Below, in pieces: positions 40,631 to 51,414 of a stretch of DNA of 64,000 bases. The position numbers and the translations under genes were made by a program. Origin of the DNA: a candidate division WOR-3 bacterium (lineage in GTDB: Bacteria > Hydrothermota > Tepidihabitantia > B3-TA06); assembly GCA_965649265.1 (NCBI GenBank), contig CBFGKC010000001.1, positions 204,688-268,687 of the forward strand, written 5' to 3'. Position 1 is the first letter of the stretch. The number at the start of each line of letters is the position of its first letter. The notes beneath the pieces are model-generated. The model was not told where the DNA came from. It did no database searches and saw nothing but the letters and a program-made list of their open reading frames with translations.

Positions 40631-41440
40631 ATGTCTGATCGGATTCGAATACTTCTGGTGGACGACGAGACGGATTTTCTGACCGCCACCGCGCGGATAA
40701 TCTCTTCTCTCGGTTACGAAGTCGAGTGCGCGGTCTCCGGCGACGAAGCGCTGGTAATGTACAAGGATTCAAGCTGCGACCTTTTGATAACCGATTTGAA
40801 GATGCCGGTAATGGACGGATTCGAGCTCATACACAAGATAAGAGCTATCAACTCGACCCAGAGGATCATAGTTTCCACCGCGATGCATTCACAGGTCGTG
40901 CCGTGGAACAAGCGCTTTGCGCGTTCGGACACGCCGGGCGAGGGAGTCGAGATGAGCACCATCAATTTCCTTCTCAAGCCTTTCTCGAAAAAGACCCTCG
41001 CGACCGCGATCGAGAAGACGCTTATGGGTGAGATGTTCTGGCCCGGATGCGAGGTCTTTACAAACAAGGCCGGACGTAAAATGCCCGCAACGCCGGCAGG
41101 CGATGAGGACTATCACGAGCCTCTCGACTGCTTCTATTTCATCGATCTCTATCACATATGGCGAAACAGCGTCAGTCTCAATGTTACAAAAGATGACCTC
41201 GCGGGCACTATCTACATTAAGGAGGGTGAGGTAATCCACGCCGAGACGGATGCCCTTACCGGTGAGGAGGCGCTCGAGGAGATACTTTCGTGGAAGGAGC
41301 CTTTAATAAAACTTAGCCCGTATCCTCCGGGAGTAGAGCGAACCATCAATGCATTCTCGTCACCCTCACCACTCACGAGAGAAGGAAAGCCTCCTCGAGC
41401 CGGTGAAGCAAACGATGACGCGTGCGGCAGTCAGCAATAA
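40631..41440 (+). CDS. Response regulator: receiver plus DUF4388-like domain
   Basis: ILLVDDE, TDLKMPVMDG, KPF; C-terminal G.IYI.EG.VIHAE....GEEAL..IL.W. Confidence 0.8.
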   Translation: MSDRIRILLVDDETDFLTATARIISSLGYEVECAVSGDEALVMYKDSSCDLLITDLKMPVMDGFELIHKIRAINSTQRIIVSTAMHSQVVPWNKRFARSDTPGEGVEMSTINFLLKPFSKKTLATAIEKTLMGEMFWPGCEVFTNKAGRKMPATPAGDEDYHEPLDCFYFIDLYHIWRNSVSLNVTKDDLAGTIYIKEGEVIHAETDALTGEEALEEILSWKEPLIKLSPYPPGVERTINAFSSPSPLTREGKPPRAGEANDDACGSQQ

Positions 41441-41616
41441 ACAAGTATCTGCATCAAGCCCGGGGGTCGTTAGGGAATAAACTAGCGTGTGTCCGAGTAT
41501 CTATCGCCACACACGCTTAGCAAAAACATGAGAGCGTCGCGAGATATCAACGCCGCGGCGTGCCGCACATTCGATTCGGGTAATAAACGCCCAAAGCGCC
41601 GCTTCGCGCTCGCGAG

Positions 41617-43098
41617 TTACTTTGAATTCAGTGTTTCCCTGGATACGAGCGCGAGAGAATCCCCTGCAAATCTGAAATAATAAAGTGAGGAACCGCTCTC
41701 CGCATACTTTTCTCGAACGGCTGCAAGGTCCCTCGGCGTCCCTCTATAGGCGTCGTTGGATGCAAGCACGACCAGATCCTTGCCGGTCATCCAGTCCACG
41801 GGTTCGTGAAGATGTACGTGGCTGGGCAGACCGTCCAGGAATATCACGTCACGCTCGGCAAAGTCCGCCGTCCCCACGACCTCTCTGGCAAGCCTTTGAG
41901 TCAGGCCGCTCGTTTTCACGAACTCCCGCTCGATCAACAGCGTTCCCGCAACGTTAGCAGAAAGGTAGAGTCCTGAGCAAATACCCGTGATCCAGAGCAG
42001 GGCCGTCCTTCCTTTTTGCCTGAAATATTCCCAGATACTTGAAAAGATTAATCCGGCAAAACCGGCGAGGAATATCGAAGGCAGGTATGCATAGCGCGCG
42101 CTTATCTTGATGGAAAAGGGAAGAAATACGAGAAGCGAAATAATCGTCGCGAGGAAACTCCAGAGCTGCGCTCTCGATAATTTCTTGAGTGACGCGAGTA
42201 CCACGGTCAAAGGCAGCGTCAGTGCTGTAGCGCCCGCGAGAAGCCAGTACAGAATCAACAGCGGGCGCGGCAGAATCTCAAGAACGCCTGCAACATAGGG
42301 ATGCCGGGGGTTCGGCATGATGAGCCACACCCAGTAGTCAAACACATTCGTAAATATGTGCCATCCCGGGCGGTAAGGCGAATCGCCGCCCACGTATTTC
42401 ATCGCCCAGCCGGTCTGAACCAGAAGGTAGAGTGCGAAGAGGAGTCCGAATGCCAGGTAGGGCCAGAAGAACCCTTTCCCCCTCTCATCCCTCTTGACCA
42501 TCACAAGATCGTAAGAGAGTATGAGGAAAGGAAGAGCAGCCGAAGTTTCCTTGGTCATGAAGGCAAGAACCATACTCGCAAGCGAGAGTGCCAGCCACCC
42601 CTTTCCCTTCTCCTGCCTGAACCTTATGTGGCCGTAAAGTGAAAGCAGTATGAACAGGACGGCGAAGAGTTCCACGCTCGAGGATATCCATGTTATACCC
42701 TCGTAGTGCGAGAACGAGACGAGAAAGAGAAGTGCTGCCGCCGCCGGGGCCGTTAAACTCCTCGCGACCCTTCTGACCGTGAAGAATACGAGCGTCGTGA
42801 TGACGAGATGCAGGAAGAGGTTCGCGATCACGTAGGGAAGGGGGGTCCCTCCGAAGAGCGCGCCTCTGGCCATGATGAGCGTCATGTTCAGAGGCCTGAA
42901 GAAATCGTTGCCTCCGTGGAGCACCGTTTCCAGGAACGGCCTTGCCTTGTATGCTTCATAAATCGAAAGCGCGGTGTAGTCGTCCCCAATAAATCCGTTC
43001 TTCAAAAGCGGCATGAAGATGATGATACCTGCAAGCCACAAGGCCGCGAGTATCCACCATTGACGGGTGCTTGCTTTCGCTTCATCCATGATCGTCAA
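41617..43098 (-). CDS. Polytopic GT-C-type glycosyltransferase-like membrane protein
   Basis: F.GDDY, FRPL, H.E...WIS, KE, ARY.YLP; about 11 TM helices. Confidence 0.7.
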   Translation of the reverse strand: MTIMDEAKASTRQWWILAALWLAGIIIFMPLLKNGFIGDDYTALSIYEAYKARPFLETVLHGGNDFFRPLNMTLIMARGALFGGTPLPYVIANLFLHLVITTLVFFTVRRVARSLTAPAAAALLFLVSFSHYEGITWISSSVELFAVLFILLSLYGHIRFRQEKGKGWLALSLASMVLAFMTKETSAALPFLILSYDLVMVKRDERGKGFFWPYLAFGLLFALYLLVQTGWAMKYVGGDSPYRPGWHIFTNVFDYWVWLIMPNPRHPYVAGVLEILPRPLLILYWLLAGATALTLPLTVVLASLKKLSRAQLWSFLATIISLLVFLPFSIKISARYAYLPSIFLAGFAGLIFSSIWEYFRQKGRTALLWITGICSGLYLSANVAGTLLIEREFVKTSGLTQRLAREVVGTADFAERDVIFLDGLPSHVHLHEPVDWMTGKDLVVLASNDAYRGTPRDLAAVREKYAESGSSLYYFRFAGDSLALVSRETLNSK

Positions 43099-43219
43099 TC
43101 ATCCTCTCATAAATCCTCGGAGCAAGAAATCGTCCCGCAGCATCGAGGTTGTATGACTCTCGAGTCGTACGGCAGGTCATATGGTTCAATCCGGTCGGCG
43201 CCCGGGATTCAAGACGGGC

Positions 43220-44764
43220 TCAGTTCTCCACTTGGTCGGTGGAGTGATCCACCTCGCGGGAGCAGATAACGTCGTTGGTGTCCGCGAGTATTACCGTATA
43301 CTCTCCGGCTGCGGCGTAGATGTCCGCCTTCACTTCAATGGCTATGCCGTAGGTGTTTGCCCAGTCGGCAAGTTCTTCGAAGCGCTGAACCGCAAGAAAG
43401 TCCGCTATCCTGGGTTCCGCCTTCACGAGCACGGTGCGTCCCTCGAGTCTTTTGGAGTACTGCGCAAGGGTGCGCTCTATCTCTGAAAGCAAATAATCTC
43501 TAGACGGTATCCTTCCGAGCCCCCGGCAGACTGCGCATTCCTCTGTCAGGTGTACAAAGAGCCCGGGACGCTTGCGCTCGCGCGTTATCTCGATAAGCCC
43601 GAAGCGGCTGAAGCCGGAGAAATCGGTATGCGCCCTGTCCTCGTGGAGATACCTCTTGAGTTCCTTGAGAACCGTGGCCATATTGTCCTTGGAGCGCATG
43701 TCTATGAAGTCTATGATCAGGAGACCCGAGAGGTCGCGAAGCATTATCTGTCTTGCAATCTCCGATGCCGCCTCCATGTTGGTCTGGAAGATGAGCTTCT
43801 CGGGCTGTTCCTCGCCGGAGAACCGCCCCGTGTTGACGTCGATGGCAACTAGGGCTTCGGTATGATCAATCGTGATAAAACCACCGCTCTTTAGCCAGAT
43901 CTTGCGTTCAAAAACCTTCTTGATCTCGTGCTCGACGCCGAAGCGTTCGAAGATGGGCAAGTTGTCCGTGTAGAGGCGGACCCTTGAGCGGAGTTTAGGC
44001 GCGTTGCGTCTGAGGTAGCGCAGGATGTTTTCGTATTCCACGCGCGAATCCACAAGAACGTTCGCGATTCCTTTGGTAAACTGGTCCCTTATCAACTTCA
44101 AAGAGACGAGCGGTTCCTCGTAAAGAAGAGCAGGGGCCTTTTCCCTCGTCGCGCTTTCCGCAATGGTAGACCACATCTCGTTGAGATTGTCGAAGTCGAG
44201 TTTGAGATCGGCGTCGGAGGCCTTTTCAGTCGCGGTTCTCACAATCAAACCGACCTTGCCCTGCTTCAGCTTGGAGGCTATCGCGCGCAGCCTTGAACGT
44301 TCGGCGCGATCCTTTATCCTTCTCGAGACGCCGATGTGATTGATGGATGGAGTGAGAACAAGGTAACGGCCCGGGAGGAATATGAAAGAAGAAAGGCGCG
44401 CACCTTTCTTCCCGAGCGGTTCCTTGACCACCTGAACAAGTATCTCCTGGCCGGTCTTGAGATCGAGTTTGAATTCCTTTTCGATCTTTTGGCTCTCCTC
44501 ATCCTCCATCTCGGTGCCGTACTCTTCCGACAACGCCTTGTCGGGTATGTCGGAAAGAGGCAGGAAGCCGTTTTTTGAAAGCCCGATGTTAACAAAGGCT
44601 CCTGCAAGTCCATGAACGATGTTTTCGACCTTTCCTTTGTAGATCCTGCCGACCAGGTTTTTCTTCTCGAGCCTTTCTGAATAAAACTCTATAAGCTTAC
44701 CCTCGTCCAGTACCGCCGTGCGAATCTCGAAACGCCCTACGTTGATCAATATCTCTTTTTTCAT
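43220..44764 (-). CDS. rng: RNase E/G family ribonuclease
   Basis: IYKGKV S1 domain, KEP.G.KGA, IDVNTG, IIDFIDM, CxxCxG.G. Confidence 0.9.
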   Translation of the reverse strand: MKKEILINVGRFEIRTAVLDEGKLIEFYSERLEKKNLVGRIYKGKVENIVHGLAGAFVNIGLSKNGFLPLSDIPDKALSEEYGTEMEDEESQKIEKEFKLDLKTGQEILVQVVKEPLGKKGARLSSFIFLPGRYLVLTPSINHIGVSRRIKDRAERSRLRAIASKLKQGKVGLIVRTATEKASDADLKLDFDNLNEMWSTIAESATREKAPALLYEEPLVSLKLIRDQFTKGIANVLVDSRVEYENILRYLRRNAPKLRSRVRLYTDNLPIFERFGVEHEIKKVFERKIWLKSGGFITIDHTEALVAIDVNTGRFSGEEQPEKLIFQTNMEAASEIARQIMLRDLSGLLIIDFIDMRSKDNMATVLKELKRYLHEDRAHTDFSGFSRFGLIEITRERKRPGLFVHLTEECAVCRGLGRIPSRDYLLSEIERTLAQYSKRLEGRTVLVKAEPRIADFLAVQRFEELADWANTYGIAIEVKADIYAAAGEYTVILADTNDVICSREVDHSTDQVEN

Positions 44765-47188
44765 CTAGGAACTCTCCTCGAAAAGTGTTGAAAGGCCCTG
44801 TCCTCGCTTGACATAAGCATCCACGCGCTCCGCGCGGAGCAGGCGGGCCTCGGGTGTAGTAATGTTGTAGATTTTAGCGAGCGAATCCCAGAGCTTGACG
44901 CGGTTGGCCTGACCCAGGAATAACGTCAAATGGCCGTCTTGCATATCGGCGTGAACTAAATACTCATCACCGGCAATGCGCTGCTTCAGTGTTCCTTCGT
45001 CGACCGGAGGCGCAGGCCGGATTTCGTAATGCAGAATGTCGGCCGTTTTCGTTATCGCCTGAGCGCCTGGAGGAAGAATCCTTGACGCGAGAATTCCCAA
45101 CCCACGCGGCATGTGGGGTGCAAGAATCTCCTCGACTGGTTTTGCCGGACGCTCGGCGAGGAAGAAGTCCAGATATTCTCCGCGGCTTGTGACGCCCACG
45201 GGCTTGGGAAAACCGAAACTTGCCCTGGGGTGTGGTGAAAAACCCTCGGAGTAAGAGAGCACGAGACCAGAGCGCCTTAGCAGACGGTACATCGCGCGAA
45301 CAAGATCGAGGTGACTTGCATATCTGAAGGGTTCACCAACCTCGAGCTTGATTCTTACCCTGAACTCGTGTGACGTGCCTGCGACAGTCGTGCGCATTCT
45401 CTTCGAGGGCTTCTCGTTAGCGATGCCGGGTGTTTGCGCGGTTGCTACGGTCGCCGTGTTTGTGCAGTCGGCGCCGCAGCCGTTGCACGGGCCGGTGAGA
45501 CAGTCGGCAAGGACGATTCCTTCGAGCGCCCTTTTGTATTCCTTAAGGAGAAAATCCCTTGATACCCCGGTCGATATGAACTCCCAGGGAAGGCCGTGAC
45601 CGGTATCCAGCGCCTTGGTGTAATCGCCCGGATCAATCGATTCCTGTTCAAGGACCTCAAGCCAGCGTTCAAGCTTGAATTGCTCGCTCCATTCCTGGAA
45701 GTAACCTCCCCGCTGGAGGACTCCTTCCAGTACTTCCGCCATTCGTTCGTCTCCTCTCGCAAGAAGCGCCTCTACAAAGCTTGCCTGAGGCCTTGCCCAC
45801 TTTGTTTTCACCCTCTTTGAGCCTATCTCTTCCTTCATGCGGAATATCCTTTCCTCTAGTACCGGGATATCGGTGAAGGGCGCCCATTGAAAGGGTGTGT
45901 GTGGTTTGGGGACAAACGAGGCTATGTGAATGTTAACGGCCAGACCTTTGACCGCACGCAAGATCTCTCTGACAAAGTCTATGCTCGCGTCGACGTCTTC
46001 CGGAGTTTCGCCGGGCAGGCCGACCATGAAGTAAAGCTTCACGTGCCGCCAGCCCAGGCGCGCGGCGGTTCTGGCCGTTTCGATGATTTCTTCGTTTGTG
46101 ACGTTCTTGTTTATTACCCTTCGCAGCCTCGGAGAGGCGGTTTCGGGCGCAAAGGTGAGGCCTGTTTTCTTTATCTCCCTGAGCCTCTGGCCCAGACGCT
46201 CCGAGAAGGTTTCGCCCCGAAAGCTCGGAAGCGAGATGGAAGTGCGTGTCGCCGAAAGTTTCTCGTTCAATCTTGCCAGCAGCTGGTCGAGACAAGGATA
46301 ATCGGAGACCGCGAAAGAGAGAAGAGAGACCTCATCCCAGCCGGTCGCCGCGAGTCCTTCTTCGGCCAGTGCCAGAATCTCATCGGCGGGGCGCTGCCTC
46401 ATGGGACGATTGGTGAAGCCCGCCTGGCAGAAGCGGCATCCGCGAAGGCATCCGCGCCCTATCTCGACCACTAGCCGGTCGTGCTCAATCTCGCCTATGG
46501 GAACCACCTGACGTGTGGGAGCGTCCTCGATATTGAGTTGTTTGGCAAACCTGCGGTTGATCCTCTTCGAGCGTCCGTGAACGGAAGGCACCCATATTCC
46601 CTCGATCTCTGCGAGGCCGGCTAGGCGTTCCGCCTTATTCCCGGTTCCAAGAAGAACGGCGACCATTTCCCCGACGGCGTCCTCCGCGTCGCCGACGAGA
46701 AAGGCGTCAAAAAAGGGTTCGAGGGGGAGGGGGTTAACGGTGCAGGGACCTCCCCCGACGATCAAGGGGTCTTGCGCTCCGCGGTTCGCCGATCTCAAGG
46801 CGACTCCCGAAAGCTCGAGCGCTGCGAGCGCGTTGGTGTAACCCAGTTCACTCTGAAGGCTTATCCCGAGCATGTCGAATTCCCTGAGGGGAGTGCGTGT
46901 TTCCAGGCTCGCAAGCGGTACGCCCTCGCACTTCATCTTGTCGAGCATATCCGTCCAGGGGATGAACGCGCGCTCGGCCCTCGCGTCCGGTATCCGGTTT
47001 ATCACGTGATACAGCACTCGCAGCCCGTAGTTGGACATTCCTATCTCGTACACGTCCGGAAAGACCAGTGCGATTCTTGCCTTTGCATCCCTTGCCATCT
47101 CGGCGAAGAGCTCGGAGCCGGTGTAGCGGATAGGATGTTCAACCTGGGGCAAAAGGTGTTCGAACGTCTCCTGCCACGAAGTCATCAT
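44765..47188 (-). CDS. B12-binding radical SAM protein (TIGR03960-like) fused to a TIGR03936/DUF2344-like domain
   Basis: PDVYEIGMSN, RGCLRGCRFCQAG, FVPKPHTPFQW; C-terminal SHLDL...YSEGFSPHP. Confidence 0.88.
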   Translation of the reverse strand: MMTSWQETFEHLLPQVEHPIRYTGSELFAEMARDAKARIALVFPDVYEIGMSNYGLRVLYHVINRIPDARAERAFIPWTDMLDKMKCEGVPLASLETRTPLREFDMLGISLQSELGYTNALAALELSGVALRSANRGAQDPLIVGGGPCTVNPLPLEPFFDAFLVGDAEDAVGEMVAVLLGTGNKAERLAGLAEIEGIWVPSVHGRSKRINRRFAKQLNIEDAPTRQVVPIGEIEHDRLVVEIGRGCLRGCRFCQAGFTNRPMRQRPADEILALAEEGLAATGWDEVSLLSFAVSDYPCLDQLLARLNEKLSATRTSISLPSFRGETFSERLGQRLREIKKTGLTFAPETASPRLRRVINKNVTNEEIIETARTAARLGWRHVKLYFMVGLPGETPEDVDASIDFVREILRAVKGLAVNIHIASFVPKPHTPFQWAPFTDIPVLEERIFRMKEEIGSKRVKTKWARPQASFVEALLARGDERMAEVLEGVLQRGGYFQEWSEQFKLERWLEVLEQESIDPGDYTKALDTGHGLPWEFISTGVSRDFLLKEYKRALEGIVLADCLTGPCNGCGADCTNTATVATAQTPGIANEKPSKRMRTTVAGTSHEFRVRIKLEVGEPFRYASHLDLVRAMYRLLRRSGLVLSYSEGFSPHPRASFGFPKPVGVTSRGEYLDFFLAERPAKPVEEILAPHMPRGLGILASRILPPGAQAITKTADILHYEIRPAPPVDEGTLKQRIAGDEYLVHADMQDGHLTLFLGQANRVKLWDSLAKIYNITTPEARLLRAERVDAYVKRGQGLSTLFEESS

Positions 47189-47364
47189 TACGCAATGTTA
47201 TCTTAAAGAGGCCTCAAGTCAACTACGCGCGGGCTGTGAATCATAAGAGACTGCTTCTTAACCGTCACAGACGACCGCCGGAATATATTCACGAAGTTTC
47301 CAGAAAACAGCGTCGTTATCCCTGCAAGTGCTGAACTCACCAATGTGGATCAGGGGGGAGGGGG

Positions 47365-49461
47365 CTAGATTTGGTGCTCGAACTGAAGCTTGTAGAGGCC
47401 GTAGTAAACGCCTTTGCGATTCATAAGCTCATCATGGTTGCCTTCCTCCACAATCTTGCCGTGGTCGAGCACGATGATCCTGTCCGCGTCCCGGACCGTG
47501 GAAAGTCTGTGCGCAATAATCATAGCCGTACGGCCTTCCAGAAGTTTGTGAATCGCGTCTTGAATGAGCGCCTCGGTCTTTGTGTCGACCGATGACGTCG
47601 CCTCGTCCAACACCAGAATCGATGGGTCGAATGCGAGCGCGCGAGCGAACGAGATGAGCTGGCGCTCGCCGACCGAAAGGTTCACGCCCCTTTCCTGAAC
47701 ATCGGCATTGTATCCTTCGGGAAGCCTCGAGATGAAAACGTCCGCGTTAGTCGTGCGCGCCGCGGCCGCTATTCTTTCATGCGGGAGATCGCTGCGAAGC
47801 CGTATGTTCGTCTCGATATCACCGATGAACAGGAAGACGTCCTGCATCACTATCCCTACCTTTGAGCGCAGATCATTTTTGTCGATCTCGCGCGTGTTCC
47901 GGCCGTCCACCAGAATCTGGCCCTTCTGTATTTCGTAGAATCGCGATAGAACATTGATAACAGAAGTCTTCCCCGCCCCGGTAGCCCCTACGAATGCGAC
48001 GCGCTCGCCGGGCTTTATCTTGAACGAGACGTCTCTTAAAACCCATTCCTCGTCGTTGTAAGCGAACCATACGTTTTTGAATTCTATCTCGCCCTTGATG
48101 GATGAAGGCAGAGCCTTTCCTTGATACTCCTCCTCCTTCTCGTCCATGAGCATGAATATGCGCTCGCCCGATGCCATCGCCTGCTGAAGAAGGTTGAACT
48201 TATCCGTCAAATCCCTTATCGGCGTGAAGAAAATGTCTATATACCTCAGGAAAGCGACGAGGAAACCCAGCTCGAAGAAGTTGTGCAGCCCTACCCAGCG
48301 CGAACCGAACCAGATTATGGCGGCAAGCGCGATTACCGCGAAGAAATCCACAATCGGCCTGAACGTCGCGAAGACCATCATTTGCCCGAAGCGCGCCTCG
48401 AAGAAGCTTTCGTTGAGCTTGTGAAACTCCCGAAGTCTCTTTAGCTCCTGCCTGAATACCTGCACAACCTTGATGCCGGAAAGGTTCTCGTTCAGGAACG
48501 CGTTAATCCTCGCAATTCTTACCCTGACCTTGCGGAAAGCGTCGCGAAGCCGCGTGCGGAAGATAACGGTCGCGACCAGCATAGGCGGCACTATCGCGAA
48601 GAGAACAAGGGCAAGCCGCCAGTTATAGATAGGAAGGTAGATGAGAAGCCCGACTATGACGAAGCCGTCATACAAAAAGCTCGTGACGACGTCGGAAAAG
48701 AACTGGCTAAGGGTTTCCACGTCGTTCGTCACCCTAGTGACCATGCGTCCCACGGGGTTTCGGTCAAAAAAGCGAACGGGCAGGCGTTCGAGGTGTTCGA
48801 ATATCTTGCTCCTCAGGCGGTGCATGGAGCGCTGACCCGCAACGGTCGTGAGAACCGTCTGCCCGAAGCTTGAAAGAAATTGAAGAATCCCTATCCCAAG
48901 GAAAAACAGAGCGAGCTTTATTACACCCTGCCAGTCGGAATCCCTTATCGCGATCAGCGCTTTTAGCGGGAAGCGGACGCGGTCGGGCAGATCTGAATAC
49001 GGCACAAGCAGCCTGTCGTTCCCGGCTTTCATGTACGACGAAATGACTTCGGGAGCAAGCTTTCCTTTGGCCTTTCTCGTTTCCATGAGATAATATTCGC
49101 GGCTGTCGGCCTCCTGTCCGGTGCGCGGTTTTATCTCCTTCACATACTGCTGGGGTACCGCGTAAAGCACCTCGCCCGGCTTGTGCACGGAGTACAGCCT
49201 GTCCTCCACCTTGTATACATTATCTTTGAAATCCTTGATCTGGGAAGGCTCAAGGTACACAAGAGTGGCCACCCTGTATATCTGGTTGTCAATCGCGCGC
49301 TGGAAGAGCACGGGCTGGATGATTTGGGCAAACGCGATCAAAATTCCAAGAAGTGCCGCAAGCCCTATCATCCACTTGTCGCGCTCGAGGTACGTGATCA
49401 GCCTTGCGGTTATCTTGGAATCGTAGAGTTTACCGAGCTTTTCTTCTTCCTGTACGAACAT
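47365..49461 (-). CDS. ABC exporter subunit (TMD+NBD) with a large insertion after TM1
   Basis: GATGAGKT, LSVGERQ, VLDEA, AHR. Confidence 0.92.
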   Translation of the reverse strand: MFVQEEEKLGKLYDSKITARLITYLERDKWMIGLAALLGILIAFAQIIQPVLFQRAIDNQIYRVATLVYLEPSQIKDFKDNVYKVEDRLYSVHKPGEVLYAVPQQYVKEIKPRTGQEADSREYYLMETRKAKGKLAPEVISSYMKAGNDRLLVPYSDLPDRVRFPLKALIAIRDSDWQGVIKLALFFLGIGILQFLSSFGQTVLTTVAGQRSMHRLRSKIFEHLERLPVRFFDRNPVGRMVTRVTNDVETLSQFFSDVVTSFLYDGFVIVGLLIYLPIYNWRLALVLFAIVPPMLVATVIFRTRLRDAFRKVRVRIARINAFLNENLSGIKVVQVFRQELKRLREFHKLNESFFEARFGQMMVFATFRPIVDFFAVIALAAIIWFGSRWVGLHNFFELGFLVAFLRYIDIFFTPIRDLTDKFNLLQQAMASGERIFMLMDEKEEEYQGKALPSSIKGEIEFKNVWFAYNDEEWVLRDVSFKIKPGERVAFVGATGAGKTSVINVLSRFYEIQKGQILVDGRNTREIDKNDLRSKVGIVMQDVFLFIGDIETNIRLRSDLPHERIAAAARTTNADVFISRLPEGYNADVQERGVNLSVGERQLISFARALAFDPSILVLDEATSSVDTKTEALIQDAIHKLLEGRTAMIIAHRLSTVRDADRIIVLDHGKIVEEGNHDELMNRKGVYYGLYKLQFEHQI

Positions 49462-51230
49462 TACTTTATCCCCTGAAGTTTCGCGAACAGGGCGTAGAGC
49501 CCTTCGTGTTTCATGAGCTCGGCGTGCGTGCCGCGCTCAACAATTTTTCCCGCATCCAGCACAAGTATCTCGTCGGCGAAGGCGAGACTGCGCGGCCTTG
49601 CCGAGACAATTATCACCGCGCGCTCGCGCATTATGCCCTTCAGAGCCGTCAATATCTCGATCTCGGTGTCGGCATCAACCGCCGACAGCGCGTCGTCGAG
49701 AATAAGAATCCTGGGGTCGGTGAGAACGGCGCGTGCGATGGTCAAACGCTGTTTCTGTCCGCCGGAAACGGTCACGCCTCTTTCCCCAAGCAGCGTATCG
49801 TAACCCTGGGGGAATTCGAGAATCTCGTCGTGGATGCCTGCGATCTTCGCCGCCCTCTCCACCTCGTCCTGGCTCACTTCCCTGTCAATACCGAAGCCTA
49901 TGTTCTCCTTCACCGTTTCCGAAAAGAGAAACGTGTCCTGCGGTACCATGCCAATCGCCTCGCGGAGAACCTTCAAGGGCACCTTCGAAATCTCATGGCC
50001 GTCAACCTCTATGCTCCCGGCCGGCGTCTCATAGAACCTTGGAATCAAGGAAACGAGCGTTGATTTGCCCGCGCCGAGCGTTCCGATTATCCCTAAAATC
50101 TTGCCCGGCTTGAGCGAGAAGCTTATATCCTCGATTGCCGGATGGTCCACGCCGGGGTAGGTGAAGGTAAGTTTGTTGAATTGAATCTCCCCCTCTATTT
50201 TATCCAGAGGCAGTGTGTCCGGCGTATCGGCTATGTCGGGCACCGTATCGAGAATCGTGTTCACCCTGGCCATTGACGCGGCGCCGCTCTGGATCATGTT
50301 CATGAGCCAGCCGATTGCGCTCATTGGCCATATGACCATCGCCAGGTTCAGCTGGAATGCGGTGAAATTTCCCACCGTGAGCTGTCCCAGAATCATGTAG
50401 CGGCCGCCCAGCAAGAGCACGAGGAAGAACGATATCCCGGAGAGGAACATGATTATCGGGAACAGGAGTCCCCACACCTTGATCAGATTGATGTTCTGGC
50501 GGACGTAGTCCTTGCTCACGAGGTTGAATGAACGCGTCTCACCCTCCTCCTGGCCGTAGGCCTTGACTACCCTGATGCCCGAGATGTTCTCCGAGACGCG
50601 CGCGCTCATGGCCGAGAATGAATCACGTACCTCTTTCCAGCGTGTCCGCAGGAGCGGCCCGAACTGAACGATTACCACCATCAGGATCGCAAGTGGAATG
50701 AGGGTAAAAATGGTCAGATATCCGGTCGCAGGCGTCTGCAGAGTAACCATCGCGATGATGTTCATTACACCCAGAAAGACGACATCTACCAGCATGATGA
50801 AACCGAAGGTCATGGCCTGGAATATGGCGTCGAGGTCGTTGGTGGCGTGAGCCATCAGGTCCCCTACCTGCTGCTTGTTGAAGAACGTGAACGAGAGCTT
50901 TTGCAGGTGTTCGAGCAAATCCTTCCTGAGGTTGGTCGTTACGCGTATGCCCGTGCCGGAGAGCCAGTAGCGCCAGAAGAAACGGCCTATAGAGATGAGC
51001 GCGCCCGCGCCCAGAATGGCCAGAACCAGGAGCAAGATGTTTCCTTGCTTGCCCTTCTCGGCGACGTCGTCCAGCGCCGGCGCTATGAAGCGCGGCATTA
51101 CCACCTGGGCAAGGTCGATGAGGATCAAAAAAATGGTTCCGCCGACGGCCTTCCACCAGTGCGGTTTCAGGTAAGGCAGTAACGTCTTGAAGGCGCGTAC
51201 GCCTGCGCCTTTTGGCTTTTCACGAGACAT
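49461..51230 (-). CDS. ABC exporter partner subunit (heterodimer, degenerate site)
   Basis: GTLGAGKS, VSGGQKQ, LILDD (catalytic E replaced by D), switch His absent (SAR). Confidence 0.92.
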   Translation of the reverse strand: MSREKPKGAGVRAFKTLLPYLKPHWWKAVGGTIFLILIDLAQVVMPRFIAPALDDVAEKGKQGNILLLVLAILGAGALISIGRFFWRYWLSGTGIRVTTNLRKDLLEHLQKLSFTFFNKQQVGDLMAHATNDLDAIFQAMTFGFIMLVDVVFLGVMNIIAMVTLQTPATGYLTIFTLIPLAILMVVIVQFGPLLRTRWKEVRDSFSAMSARVSENISGIRVVKAYGQEEGETRSFNLVSKDYVRQNINLIKVWGLLFPIIMFLSGISFFLVLLLGGRYMILGQLTVGNFTAFQLNLAMVIWPMSAIGWLMNMIQSGAASMARVNTILDTVPDIADTPDTLPLDKIEGEIQFNKLTFTYPGVDHPAIEDISFSLKPGKILGIIGTLGAGKSTLVSLIPRFYETPAGSIEVDGHEISKVPLKVLREAIGMVPQDTFLFSETVKENIGFGIDREVSQDEVERAAKIAGIHDEILEFPQGYDTLLGERGVTVSGGQKQRLTIARAVLTDPRILILDDALSAVDADTEIEILTALKGIMRERAVIIVSARPRSLAFADEILVLDAGKIVERGTHAELMKHEGLYALFAKLQGIK

Positions 51231-51276
51231 GAACCATAAGTTTACACTAAAATCACGGTTTGTCAACTAGTTAGAG

Positions 51277-51313
51277 CCCCAAGAAATTACAATATAATTT
51301 CTTGGGGGACCCC
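51277..51313. repeat. 31-bp CCCC...GGGG REP-like hairpin
   Basis: CCCCAAGAAATT-ACAATAT-AATTTCTTGGGG. Confidence 0.75.
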
Positions 51314-51414
51314 CTGCACCCCAAATCATCGCCTCATTTTGCTCCCCCTCCCAATCTGGGCGTGGGTTTGACTTCCCCGCCCTCGCTCCTAATATATAAA
51401 AAGAAAGGAGCATC

